45,173 bases of DNA from Octopus bimaculoides (Eukaryota): NCBI RefSeq assembly GCF_001194135.2, contig NC_068985.1, positions 124,319,768 to 124,364,940 of the forward strand. Direction: 5' to 3'. The position numbers were made by a program, and so were the translations under genes. Positions within the stretch are counted from its first letter, which is position 1, and each line of letters begins with the position of its first letter. The notes below the pieces were generated by a model. It did not search any database and had not been told where the DNA came from. It worked only from the letters and a program-made list of their open reading frames with translations. Positions 1-12,660 of this stretch are shown one piece after another.

Positions 1-859
1 TATATATATATATATATATATATATGAAACCAATTAAATTTAATATTTTATGCAGCAGTCTTAAAGATTTTATTTGCAAACTCTTAAATAAGCCGAACAT
101 CACTTGCCATTCACTTTGCACAGTAAAAATAAACGACTGCCTTGACATGTGTATATATACCAAGCAAGTATCCTGTCATTCTTCTGCATACAAAATGAAC
201 TATATAGCAATAGTTAATTTAATGAAACACAAGCCAGAACCTCGCTATAATGAGTAGACTAATTTGCATGCCGTGTATTAATCGCGATTTTATTGAGTAA
301 TAGATAGCTATGTGTAACACTCTGCGTAACAGAAACCTAAGATAAAGTAAATTATAAAATCTGCGTTACGAAACTTTATACAGATGCTAATTCACAAATG
401 TGAACTTCCTTATCTTTCCATTCACGAAGTGGAATGTGCATAAATATCTGTGATATAATAAGGCCACCAATAAACACATAATATGCTAATAATCTACCCA
501 CCACATATAATTCTCGTTTGTGCTTGATTTAAATAGTAATCGTTATTGAAAAGGTGTGATGAAAGAATACTTGGTTTTTGGTGAATGTTATCATAGCGCG
601 AAACGTATCAGGACAACCTGTTGTTTTCTCTCCTTTTTTTTTCTTTTGTACATGTGGAAAAAAATGACTCGGTATATTTATCCCTATTTGGAGTTTGCCA
701 GCGAATATTTCAAAACTGCAATTGACTTAAATTTATCATGAATCTCTCGTACACACTGTGTTGAACATAGCTATATGCATGTGTGTATGCATATATAATT
801 TAAATTAGCATGTGATATCTTTTGAGTAATAACAATGGTTTCTGATAAAGGAACAGGTC

Positions 860-985
860 GGAAATTTTGAAGGATGTGGAGTTAGTGAAGACCCTTTACT
901 TCAGTACTCAACTGGTATTTCCTTTTGTCGACTTTTGAAGGGTGAAGGGTAAAGATGATCCCGGTGACACTTAAACCCAGAATAG
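860..985 (-). mobile_element. Degraded copy of the dominant SINE-like family (family A)
   Basis: cagtactcaactggtatttccttttgtcgacttttgaagggtgaagggtaaag resembles the better copies at 7926-8031 and 17445-17660. Confidence 0.6.
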
Positions 986-1189
986 CTTGCCATTGAAAAA
1001 GGGATAAAAATTATGCGATAGCATGTATAGTATGAATATAGAAACCAACATAAATTGAATCATATATCATGGAGAGAGTCAAGACATTCAAACAGACTCC
1101 ATGGAACATTTTCTATTCAAATAAATCACAGCAGAGGAGTTTGGCGTGATTCACATTTTAAACTGTCTAATTGAAATTATTTTATTTTC

Positions 1190-2350
1190 AGCTGGAATGG
1201 AATTAACATTCCGTAGTACCTCTCAATTAATTGGCGAAGTTCACAAAAGTTTCTTCCTTGGGCTGATTGAACTTTTATCCTACAGGAATTTCCTTCTTAA
1301 AATTCATGTCAGAAAAATCAAAGAAAACCAGAAGAATCGAGAAAGGTTACAAGTACATTATTTGTTAGATGCTTATTTCTATATATTCTAATCTCATTTT
1401 GAAACATACTTTCTTGAAGACGGAAAACTATCCAACAATAGTTAATGCAACACTCTAATCCGTACAAGTCAGATAGAAAATATTTACCATGTTACCTTCA
1501 AAATGCAGATTTTTTTTTTTTTGTTTTGTTTTGCTTAAGATTCCTAAGAGATATTTATCGTTTGTAACAAACAGGTTCAGATAAAGGAAACATTGAAAAT
1601 AGTATTCTCTTTGAAGATTTGCAGATATTAATATTGAAGCACCAAGTACAGGAAAGTACAAAGAATATCAAGTAATGGAAATCCTTTCATCATTTTCCAC
1701 CACGTAGATCTGCATTTGTGTAGCATAGATTCAGCAAAGTACTGTACTGAAGCAGTTAAGTTTTTAGGAGCTACTGAAAATGTCTATAATATTTTGTTCC
1801 TATAGTTCAAAGAAGTAGCAAATTCTTCTGGCTCACACAAGCTCTCAATTATTGCATCTTTCGTCAGCTATCCAGGAGTCAGCCAGGTTTGATATGGTAA
1901 ACTCAGTTGCTTCAAATCTCAATGACATCAAATTGGTCCTGCGGGTTGTTTTGAAACTCAATCTGACAGCAAAAAACAGAAGGGATCCTACTAAATACAT
2001 TTTCTCCTTGAGATGCATACTCATGACACTCGTCTGGTATTACAGTGGAGAGATTTTACTGATGATACATTAAACTCAACAACGACAATTCGCAGAAAAT
2101 GAGATATCACTTTCACACTCTACTGGAAGAACTAAAACATGTCATTAAGAGTCTCAAATAACCAAGAATTAATTTGCAATCGCAATTTCAATAGAACGCT
2201 TAAACTGGTAAACAACCAGCACAGAAAAGAATTATTTCACGAGTTCGTTTTGAGAACTCGATTCGACATCAAACTGAACCGCAGTCTACTATTGATTTCA
2301 ACCCTATCGTACAAAACTTTGCACACAAGAATATTGGTAATGTACTTCTA
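1190..2350 (+). mobile_element. hAT-superfamily (ZMYM1/DUF4371-like) transposase fossil, frameshifted and stop-disrupted
   Basis: Collinear pieces: LTFRSTSQLIGEVHKSFFLGLIELLSY..HVRKIK..RLQVHYL (cf. LAFRG..GNFLGLIELL..HYLS); YPTIVNAT (cf. YxIIVDATPD); LHLCSIDSAKYCTEAVKFLG..VYNI (cf. LNLCGVHAAECCPEAVTFFG); SARFDMV..LELNLT-like (cf. TRWSAR). Recalled family motifs, no search run. Confidence 0.75.
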
Positions 2351-3180
2351 AATTTGTCAAGCCTAGCAAATCATTCTATGATTTTTGATGATGATAATAA
2401 TAATAAATACGCATTTTGCTTTAATAATTGGCGAGTGGGGACTCGGAAATAATCAGGCCTTCAGTATAAATCTTTCCCTAGAAGGCAGTTCCCGAAGAGA
2501 AATCAACCGCGCAGGTGATCAAGACTGATGGAGCTCAAGAGGAAGTTAACTACTGAAATGCAAGGCATCTGGTCTCTGCAATTTTGAAAGATCTGGCGTC
2601 TGTGGCTCTAAGAAGTACCTTTGAGTGAAATTAGAGGCAATTCAGCGTTCAAAGGACTGCATTTGCTATTCAAATGAAATAACTGTAAATATCATGGCCC
2701 AAATTAAATTAAACAAACAAAGACTAAATAATAATCAGCTTTCCCATCAGCGTAAATATCTTCTCAACAGATGTTTTGAGAAAATCATTGATGACTAAAG
2801 TAGGTTTTCCAACGTGTTTCTTCACCATCTTCAGTATCTATGCGTTATTGCTAGACATTGGTTGAACTTATGTTTGACACAAGATTTTTTCTTTTTTTGG
2901 TTTGGCTAATCGATTTAGTCACCGACCACACGACTATAAATGTGAGAGTGCGTAAATGTGTGTTTGCAAGTATATATCGACATATGTGCGCCTGTGTGTA
3001 TGCATATATGGTTTAAGGTAATTGGTTTGGATATATAAAATCAATGACTCACTACACGTGTAGCGTCTAGTATTTATAATACATTAACCGACAGCCCTTT
3101 TAAAATGTAGCCAGTCGTGGTTTCCTAAGATAAATTATGCGACGACAGACAAACATTCTAAGTCACGTATACCAATTTCT

Positions 3181-3570
<390 letters not shown>

Positions 3571-4544
3571 AATAAATACAAAAAGGTGGGGGGTTTTGTA
3601 TGATTGTGTATAGAGGAATATATTATTTTGCTTAAAAGAGTTCCAACACTGTCTGTTTTTTATGTTTTATTTATATTCCTGCAGAACTAATGTGGGGTAT
3701 AAAATATGGAATATACAATATATAATATGATATACAATATACAATATAAAATAAAATAAAATAAAAATGGATGGCACCATGAAAGAAAGTATTGAATGTA
3801 GATGAAATATTGAGTGTNNNNNNNNNNNNNNNNNNNNNNNNNNNNNNNNNNNNNNNNNNNNNNNNNNNNNNNNNNNNNNNNNNNNNNNNNNNNNNNNNNN
3901 NNNNNNNNNNNNNNNNNNNNNNNNNNNNNNNNNNNNNNNNNNNNNNNNNNNNNNNNNNNNNNNNNNNNNNNNNNNNNNNNNNNNNNNNNNNNNNNNNNNN
4001 NNNATATATATACAAGAAGCTAACCCCGCTTTCACCCGGTCGGTTAGGATGATGTGGCTGTAAAACCTGCTCTGTGTATCTGTGTAAGCATTCGACTTGT
4101 TTGGGCACGCTTACGTTAAAAACAATTTTAGAATGACTTTTTTCTGTCAAAACGCTAAAAATAACGGACCAACAAAAAAAAAGATACCAAGATTCAACCA
4201 AATCAAAAAATAAACCCAAATATTAAGCGAACAAAGATGAACCATCCCACTTTCATTGCGCGTGTGCGCACGCACACACACGCAAACACATTCACGTACC
4301 CCCTCCTTTACATACACACACATATTCACACAGAGTTGAAACGCTGTTTGATTTATTTTTCAGTTTACAATTTTCATCATCCCACTACCATGTATGACAT
4401 CACCCCTTCCTTTCTTATTCCTCTATCACCCCTTCCTTTCTCATTCATAAACACAAGAGTATTATTATAGTAGATTATCTCGGTAATCATGGGAGCTATG
4501 AAAAAAATACAAAGCCCAGCATCACCACTGGATCATTCTACACA

Positions 4545-4645
4545 TCTGTGTAATTTTTCTCGCAGTTCCATCCAGCCGTTTGACCGTGAATCCCAAGACA
4601 AGAAAGAATCGCCCATATCAAATTTATATGCACATATATATATAA
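4545..4645 (+). mobile_element. Possible Helentron-associated (HINE/DINE-1-like) end fragment
   Basis: tccatccagccgtttgaccgtgaa...aaatttatatgcacatatatatataag resembles the recalled cagccgttt...tatatag architecture of DINE-1-like elements; weak. Confidence 0.3.
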
Positions 4646-5034
4646 GCTGCAATTGTTAAAGACGCTCAAAGGGGAGTAAATTTCAAACAAAACAAAAGAA
4701 AAATACAAGAAAACATTAATTTTACCTAGAGGGAAAAAGGAGATAATTTCAAAACAGCATTAACAGTTTCAAGTTATTCTTCATAGTTACAGGGAGAATA
4801 GACTCTCTTTGCCCAAAGTGGCAAAACAACGATGGGCATTTATACTCAATTTCATGAAATTATGCACCGTTCGATTTTTGACACCGTAACCATTGCTGGC
4901 AATAGCTTGTCATGTGGCAATATCTCGATGGAAATTTTAATTAAATTACAAATTAATTACGTTTAATACATGACCTAAAAATTTAATTATTCAAATTCTC
5001 TCGCAAATAACCACTTTGGGACGTTTTCAAAGAT

Positions 5035-5229
5035 ATATATACATGATTGTGTGAGTGTGCGCGCGCACGTGTGTGCATGAATATGAGCATATGTACATAC
5101 TATATATACGCATATGTGTGTGTGCGTATGTGTGTGTGTGCGTGTGTGTGTGCGTGTGTGTGTATATATACATATACATACATGCATACACATATTCATG
5201 TACATATATATGCATACATACACATACAC

Positions 5230-5260
<31 letters not shown>
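5035..5260. repeat. Compound (GT)/(AT)/(ACAT) microsatellite
   Basis: Directly visible. Confidence 0.95.
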
Positions 5261-5261
<1 letters not shown>

Positions 5262-5350
5262 GGAGAATATACAAAAAATAACAACAGACGAGGACAGGTG
5301 GTGTAAATAACAAAAGTATATATTAGTATGACGCTCGGGAATACGGAAAG

Positions 5351-5387
5351 TCTTTGACGTTTCGAGCTACGCTCTTCAACAGAAAGA
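5351..5387 (-). ncRNA. Minimal type I hammerhead ribozyme-like motif inside a short repeat (~5260-5430), probably Penelope pLTR-derived
   Basis: Reverse complement reads UCUUU-CUGUUGA-A-GAG[CGUAG]CUC-GAAA-CGUC-AAAGA: 5-bp helix I, core CUGnnGA (A6 to U), 3-bp helix II, GAAA, palindromic ACGU helix III, GUC triplet. Confidence 0.6.
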
Positions 5388-5419
5388 ATACGGAGACAAG
5401 GAGAAAAACACGGAGAAAA

Positions 5420-5463
<44 letters not shown>

Positions 5464-7010
5464 GTGTGTGTGTGTGTGTATAATATCGAGAGTAGTTCAA
5501 ATATCAAGAAAAGAAACACATTCTAATGCATTAGTGCAGTAATATAATTTTTAGCAAGTTAAAAGCTATGGACGGTCATCGAGTGCTCGTTGGTTTCACA
5601 CTTATAAAGTGATTAGCTGCATAGGTGACTCGCCAGACTCAAATGGCTGAAGGTGCATAACCTCTCTACAACTGGAGAAAGAAATACGTAACAGTCAGTT
5701 TGGTTTGTAAAACGTGAGGAAGATGATTCTAAATAGCGAAGTAAAAGTGGGAGTTAACTAAATAAGAAACAGAAAGAGTGTAAATATAATAAGGTGATTT
5801 AAATGCAAGGAGAAGTCGGAAAAATGTCAAGACACACCAAAATTTGTGATGTCACCGCACCTTGTGTTATTTGAATCTATTTTTCGCTCACTCATTCACC
5901 CATTCTTTATCTCTCATTCTCTCTCCCTCTTCCTTTCCTCTCCTCTCTCTCTCTCTCTCTGTCTGTCTCTCTCTCTCTCTCTCCCTTTCTCTCTCTGCGT
6001 TTCCTTGGTGAGATTTTAAAACGTTTATAAAATGATAGCATTTTAAATTGATAGTATTATTTTGCTATCTACCTATATCATCACACACATGTGCGTACAC
6101 GCACATGTGTATGCATGTGCATGCGTAAGTATAAATGCAAATGTAGAGGTTAAGCGGAAATCTGTCTAACTATGCACGCCGACGAATGAAGCGTGTGTGT
6201 AAACGTGGCACGGTTGTAATTAGAATAACGTAAACAAATTATAGTATAGCATTCATGAAGCTATACTATAGCCTTTTATATAAATGTTTTTGATTATATA
6301 TATATATATTAAAAAACCCAAATAAAAGAAGTTATAAAATAACCTACGTTGATAATGTTACCTGGTATCAACCTGCATTGTTTTATAACTTGCATTATTT
6401 TTGCTTTTCAAAGAATTAATCAAAAACATTTATATAAATAAAATAGATTATTGGGTTGTAACCATATCGATCCCTGTAATTATTCTTTAAATTTGGTACT
6501 TATTGTAAGAGCGTCTGATAAACGGCTATATTACAGTACTTCAAAAACATTGTTGGTTTTAAGCAGTATAACATAATAACACCCACACACATACTCATAT
6601 CCACGGGGTTCATATATATATATATATATATATATATANNNNNNNNNNNNNNNNNNNNNNNNNNNNNNNNNNNNNNNNNNNNNNNNNNNNNNNNNNNNNN
6701 NNNNNNNNNNNNNNNNNNNNNNNNNNNNNNNNNNNNNNNNNNNNNNNNNNNNNNNNNNNNNNNNNNNNNNNNNNNNNNNNNNNNNNNNNNNNNNNNNNNN
6801 NNNNNNNNNNNNNNNNNNNNNNNNNNNNNNNNNNNNNNNNNNNNNNNNNNNNNNNNNNNNNNNNNNNNNNNNNNNNNNNNNNNNNNNNNNNNNNNNNNNN
6901 NNNNNNNNNNNNNNNNNNNNNNNNNNNNNNNNNNNNNNNNNNNNNNNNNNNNNNNNNNNNNNNNNNNNNNNATATATATATATATATACACACACACATA
7001 TATATATATA

Positions 7011-7120
<110 letters not shown>

Positions 7121-7620
7121 AAATGCCCTGATACAGTACCAGGCAGTGTCTCTCATCGCTTCTCATCTTAACTGATTGGAAGTGTTATCATGTACATTGC
7201 TTCGTCTTGGTATAAAAGATGGACTACAGCAAATACTCCACTCACTACCACTTATCTGCTTGTCAGTTGTTTGACCTTAACCAGTTGAGGATGTGCCTTG
7301 GTGGCTGACGATGTGTGCATCTCTGATCACGAGCAGAAGTAGTGGGGGAGCATCATAGCCATGTGTTGAGAGGAATTCTTTGGGGTTTGAATAATTCACC
7401 ACTGAAAACATGGGTCTTTTATTCATTATCCTTAAACAAACCGTATTCAGGGACCTTTTGAGTAGGGTGGGCTACTTTCGAGTGGGTTGGGCTAAAGAAA
7501 ATTGGTTGTGATGCATGTGCCTGGTGTATCCTTATCAGACGGGTAGTCATGATGGGTATATTGCGCTTCGTATATTTGTACCCCAGTGTCATTTCGATGG
7601 CATGAGCTGCTCTCTCACTC
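7121..7620. mobile_element. Non-coding interspersed repeat (~500 bp) embedded between trinucleotide tracts
   Basis: Complex-sequence block bracketed by (AAT/GAT)n on the left and (AAT)n at 7621-7710; resembles a recalled abundant Octopus repeat. No ORF; orientation unclear. Confidence 0.55.
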
Positions 7621-7639
7621 AATAATAATAATAACATTA

Positions 7640-7710
<71 letters not shown>

Positions 7711-7711
<1 letters not shown>

Positions 7712-8031
7712 TTTTCTACTCCAGGCACAAAGCCCAAAATTTTGGAGGAAGGGGCCAGTCGATAAGATCGACTCCAGTACGTAACTGGTACTTAATTTAT
7801 CGACCCCGAAAGAATGAAAGGCAAAGTCGACCTCGGCCTAACATTCTTTCGGGGTCGATAAATTAAGTACCAGTTACCTACTGGAGTCGATCTTATCGAC
7901 TGGCCCCTTCCTCCAAAATTTTGGGTCAGTCGATTAGATCGACCCCAGTACTCAACTGGTACTTATTTCATCGACCCGAAAGGATGAAAAGCAAAGTTGA
8001 CCTCGGCGGAATTTGAACTCAGAACGTAACG
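7711..8031 (-). mobile_element. Rearranged family A SINE cluster: minus copy, inverted duplicate, second minus copy
   Basis: 7733-7816 and 7842-7925 are reverse complements (83/84); 7926-8031 is another minus copy ending in ggaatttgaactcagaacgt (B-box-like gagttcaaattcc on the minus strand). Confidence 0.9.
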
Positions 8032-8673
8032 CGTTTCCATAAATCACATGACCGTTTTAGTCAGCATCATTAGTCGGTAGCCGGCATAACGGAATAGGAG
8101 CTTTATTTGAATATTCAAAACGTTATCATAAAGAAATTTAAAGATATATATACATATATATATATACCATTCTTATACAAGAATATTGTTGAGAGTGACT
8201 TCGAAGTTTCAGCCATCTAAGCCATTGTCGGACTGCTGGCCGAAACTTTGAAGTTACCGTCCTGCCAACAACATTCTGGTATAAGAATAATAAATTTGTA
8301 CTCTACAAAAGTCGAGAGAAACTCTCTTTTACTCTTATACTCTTTTACTTTTGACTTAAATACGCTAATAATTTTAATCACTTAATTGTGCAAATGACCA
8401 CAAGCTGTATAGAAGAGACATACTTGTGGAAACATGTCTAAAGATAATGGAAATTAGTCTTCACATACATGAAATATGAAATATATATATTTAAATTCAA
8501 TAGTAATTTTCCTCCATTCCATACATACTTGAATATTAATTATCTCTATTCCAAAACATGAAAAAAAGGGAAAAAATACCCTCTGACATTGCTATCATAA
8601 AAATACGTAAGTGACGTGACGAAATGATTCAGCAATTCAACAACACCATATATTATCAATATTATGGGTTCAA

Positions 8674-8892
8674 GAGCGGTGAGCTGACAGTAACAGTAGC
8701 ACGCCGGCGAAATGCTTAGTGGTATTTCGTCTGTTTTTACGTTCTGAGTTCAAATCCCGCCGAGGTCGACTTTGCCTTTCATCTTTTCGGGGTTGATAAA
8801 TTAAGTACCAGTTGGGTACTGGGGTCTATCTAATCGACTGGCCGCATCCCCCCAAATTTCGGGCCTTCTGCCTAGAGTAGAAAAGAATATTA
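8674..8892 (+). mobile_element. Family A SINE, near full length, with 16-bp flanking direct repeat
   Basis: gcggtgagctgacag..tagcacgccggcgaaatgcttag..gttctgagttcaaatcccgccgaggtcgactttgcc..; aatattatgggttcaa at 8658-8673 and 8886-8901. Confidence 0.9.
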
Positions 8893-9460
8893 TGGGTTCA
8901 AATCCCACCGAGGTCAACCTTGCCTTTTATCATTTCAGGGTCGATAGAATATAGCACCAGTAAGTACTGGGGGCGATGGTATCGACTTACCACCCTCCCC
9001 TCAAATTTGATGGTTTTGTACCTTAATCATTATTAACACAAAATAAAAGCGTTGGCTTGATTGGATCCTTACTGCACTAGACAAAATGCTTCGTGGCATT
9101 TCTTCCGGATTTACGTTTTGATTTCAAATTCTGCCAAAGTTATCTTTACTTTTCATCCTTTCAGTATCAATAAAACAAGTACCAGACGAATATAGAAATC
9201 GACAAGCCCATCTCCCAAAATTTCAGACCTTGTGTTTTAATTAGAAAGAATTATTTCTAGCAAAAAAGTAAAAGCGTTGATTAGGATCAATCGTTAGAGT
9301 GACGAGCAAACTAGTTTCGATTTCAAATCCTACTTAGGTTGACTTGGCATTTCGTTTTTTCCGGGATTGACAAAATTAGTACTAAGTAATAGGATTGATT
9401 CTGCCGATTATTTACCTCCCTCACAAAGTTTGTGACCTTGTATCAAAGTTAGAAAGCATC
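8893..9460 (+). mobile_element. Three older, increasingly degraded family A copies in tandem (~8893-9035, 9050-9256, 9275-9460)
   Basis: Each retains ttcaaat..(g)ttgac/actttgc..tttcat..ataaa..agtacc and a caaa(a)ttt..ccttgt..agaaag 3' part. Confidence 0.75.
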
Positions 9461-9617
9461 ATCTTCATCATCAATAACAACTTTACTTCCACCCTCCATT
9501 ATCGATAAAATAAGTGCCAGAGTCAACTAAAATGATTACACCCCACCCATAAAAAAACATTTGGTTTTGTTCCAATGCGAAAAATCATTACTGTTGTTGA
9601 CGTGGTTGTGGTTAGGC

Positions 9618-9674
<57 letters not shown>

Positions 9675-9685
9675 ACAACAACAAT
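9618..9685. repeat. (AGT)n then (AAC)n microsatellite
   Basis: Directly visible. Confidence 0.95.
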
Positions 9686-9844
9686 AGCAAACTCCTTTTC
9701 AGAACTGAAGGACGAAGTGAAACTATCGCTGAATTTATTGGAGTTTATTTTTCTATATAAATGTATAAATAATATTTACTACAGCAACAAATGGAGTGAA
9801 AGATATCGGTGGCACCGAGAAAAATAACAAAGATCACGAAGGAG

Positions 9845-9913
<69 letters not shown>

Positions 9914-10120
9914 GTGGGGGGAGGTGTTTGTATGTAAACAATAACAACAGCAAAGAATTTTATCAAAATAACAAGAATGTAATCGACAATGATGACGCNN
10001 NNNNNNNNNNNNNNNNNNNNNNNNNNNNNNATATAAATGTATAAATAATATTTACTACAGCAACAAATGGAGTGAAAGATATCGGTGGCACCGAGAAAAA
10101 TAACAAAGATCACGAAGGAG

Positions 10121-10163
<43 letters not shown>

Positions 10164-10164
<1 letters not shown>

Positions 10165-10756
10165 ACGTGAGGAAGTCAAAAATTATCCGCACTTTCGCCA
10201 TAATATATCTTTATTATTGTCACACTACCTTCTGCATATGCGTGCTTATAGTTGGTACTGTTGATCGAAGTTTGCTTATAGTTGATCACGTGATCGAAGT
10301 TTGAGCCTGATACACTGCTTTACTGGCCAATAAACTGAAGCCAGCAATTCGCACCGAACGCCGACGCCTATTTTCGAAGTAAGTTTTGGTGTTGCATGAC
10401 AATGCACGCCCACTCACGGCCGCCCAGACCGTTGAAACCATTAGCCAATTGTGTTTTGAGGTGCTGGAACACCCTGCCTACAGCCCAGATCTCGCCTCCT
10501 CTGACTATCATCTTTAAATCGCTCGAAGTTGGCTTATGAAGTCTTGGATTTCCTACGGATGGAAATGTGAAGGAAGCGGTGCATAAATGGTCACACGACC
10601 AACCGAAAATCTTCTTCTTGGAGGGAATATGCAAGCCTGTGGACCGCTGGACCAAGTGCATCGAAAAAGAAAAGAGACTATATAGAGACTATATACCTGT
10701 TTATCCCCTGCTTTTATGTAAATACATTGTGTGCATATTTTACTCTCCTTCGTGTA
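10164..10756 (+). mobile_element. Internally deleted mariner element with C-terminal transposase remnant
   Basis: From 10329: KLKPAIRTERR..VLVLHDNARPLTA..LEHPAYSPDLASSDYHL, then VKEAVHKW..FFLEGI.K.VDRWTKCIEKE (mariner HDNARPH, YSPDLAPSDYHLF, RWxKCI motifs). Left TIR tacgtgaggaagtcaaaaattatccgcac; degenerate right TIR gtgtgcatattttactctccttcgtgta; TA at both ends. Confidence 0.9.
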
Positions 10757-10789
10757 TATTTATATATATATATATATATAGATACGATC

Positions 10790-10911
<122 letters not shown>

Positions 10912-10960
10912 AGCATCTCACAGAAGTATGTACATAATTGTATTTTGTAGAGTTGTTTTA

Positions 10961-11373
10961 ACCCTTTGTCACTGTTGTGACGTCTATTAATTTTGCCTTT
11001 AGGTTCTAACAATTGCTTATAAGCCACCCTTTTTAATTTGATGTTTACACTTTTATCGTTTTGAAAATCAGCACATGTTTTCAACGGTTTTTCTTATAAG
11101 ACTGACGGAAGTATTTGAGTTTAACCCTAGGCGTTAAGAGTCGTTGATGAAGATTAAGATGGTCTACATGAAAATCCGAAATTGCAATCGACTATGTACG
11201 CTGGGGACTTACCTCCCTTTGTCATTCATTACGACAGTGCTTTTGTGGCTTTAGAATTGTTTTAACTCTTATCTTTAGCAAAAGCGGTGCTAGTCAGTAC
11301 CCTTTCTCACTTTTGTGACCTCCATTAATTTTGCCTTTTGGTTCTAATTACTAATAAACCACCTTTTTAATTC
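10961..11373 (+). repeat. Diverged ~75-bp direct repeat pair (10961-11040 and 11299-11373)
   Basis: accctttgtcactgttgtgacgtctattaattttgcctttaggttctaa..ccaccctttttaatt vs accctttctcacttttgtgacctccattaattttgccttttggttctaa..ccacctttttaatt. Confidence 0.7.
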
Positions 11374-11375
11374 GT

Positions 11376-11434
<59 letters not shown>
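11376..11434. repeat. (GATA)n microsatellite
   Basis: Directly visible. Confidence 0.97.
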
Positions 11435-11435
<1 letters not shown>

Positions 11436-12149
11436 CAGGCTTAATGGGTTTGCCAGTTTAGTCGCCTACGACCCGACCTTGCAACAGGTTGTACTGGGTT
11501 ACATGTTACTAGTAGATATACATAGATATATATGCGCGTATATATGTATATGCACACATGTGCATGTACGAAAGCACGTCATTACACGCGTTAATCTGCA
11601 TGACTTGACTTACGTTTGAGCACACATATTTATATTTTGTCATATGTATATATCTGTGCATGAATATATGTATAAATATGTGCTATAAACAGGCTGGTTA
11701 TTATTAAACGTTTCTGAGTTAATTTTCGTGTGTTCTGTTTAGTACAATTTTCCACTCTATTGTGCCGTAATAGCAAACAGTGAATAACTTCCTAATAATA
11801 GAGATAAATATTGATTCCTTGGTTCCGACTGTATATTTTTACTGCTGAATGTTAGTTATCGCTTACAAACAATAACTAAAACCAGATTCCAGACTCAATG
11901 ATTATGCTGACCGAAGGAATCGGGCGACATTGATCTCAGGTCAGAGAACAGAGTGACTTTACTAAACTAACATTACGATTTGCATTCATCACAACAAAAT
12001 TTTCTTATTTGTTGGCTTAACCAGGGGAGGGACGCTAAAGACTGCTGGAGAAGAGAAGAAAGTTAGCTTCCGACCAAAGATCTAACCCAAATGTATGCAA
12101 TAGAGATGAGTCTAATAAAAATACTTTAGGATACCTAGTGATGGTGATC

Positions 12150-12360
12150 AACCATGTCTGCCACAGAAACATTACTCCATGGAACTTCCATGCAGTTTCT
12201 CCGCTACCAAGTTTCACTTGTAAGGCTTTGTTCGATCCAAAACTCATACACGAGCTTCCACAGAGCAAGATCGAACCTGAAAGCGCGCGAATTTCACACA
12301 GTGATGCATGGGCCAACAAGTTAGCAAAATTTTCGTTAATTTGAGATAAGTTCCTTACCA
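12150..12360 (+). mobile_element. Very degraded Tc1/mariner (WPPRSPDL..LWGxVKSKV type) C-terminal fragment
   Basis: Cross-frame reading gives W..SPL..F.L*GFVRSKTHT..QS..LKARISH; weak, by eye. Confidence 0.35.
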
Positions 12361-12377
12361 TAATTATAGTATCAACA

Positions 12378-12562
12378 AAGGCAGCGAGCTGGCAGAATCG
12401 TTAACACGCTGGACAAAATGGCTAGCGGTATTTCGCCCGTCGCTACGTTCTGAGTTCAAATTCTGCCGAGGTTGACTTTGCCTTTCATCCTTTCGGTGTC
12501 GATAAAATAATTACCAGTTGAACACTGGGGTCAATGTAATCGACTCTTCCCACAAGCTGCCC
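12378..12562 (+). mobile_element. Family A SINE
   Basis: aaggcagcgagctggcagaatcgttaacacgctggacaaaatggctagcggtatttc..gttctgagttcaaattctgccgaggttgactttgcc. Confidence 0.9.
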
Positions 12563-12660
12563 TTCTGGCATCAATCTATGCTAATTTACATACAACTGAC
12601 TCGCGCATTGCAAATATAATCTGGTGTTTATTGTGGAAACAATGAAATCAACACAATAAT

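Noticed and set aside
2800-2840. Minus-strand CTGAAGATGGTGAAGAAAC hammerhead-like core
   Set aside because: Helix II and helix I cannot form.
9764-10160. ~100-bp sequence plus (GT)n duplicated at 9764+ and 10031+ either side of a 32-N gap
   Set aside because: Identical copies meeting at a gap are typical of unmerged contig overlap; treated as an assembly artefact.
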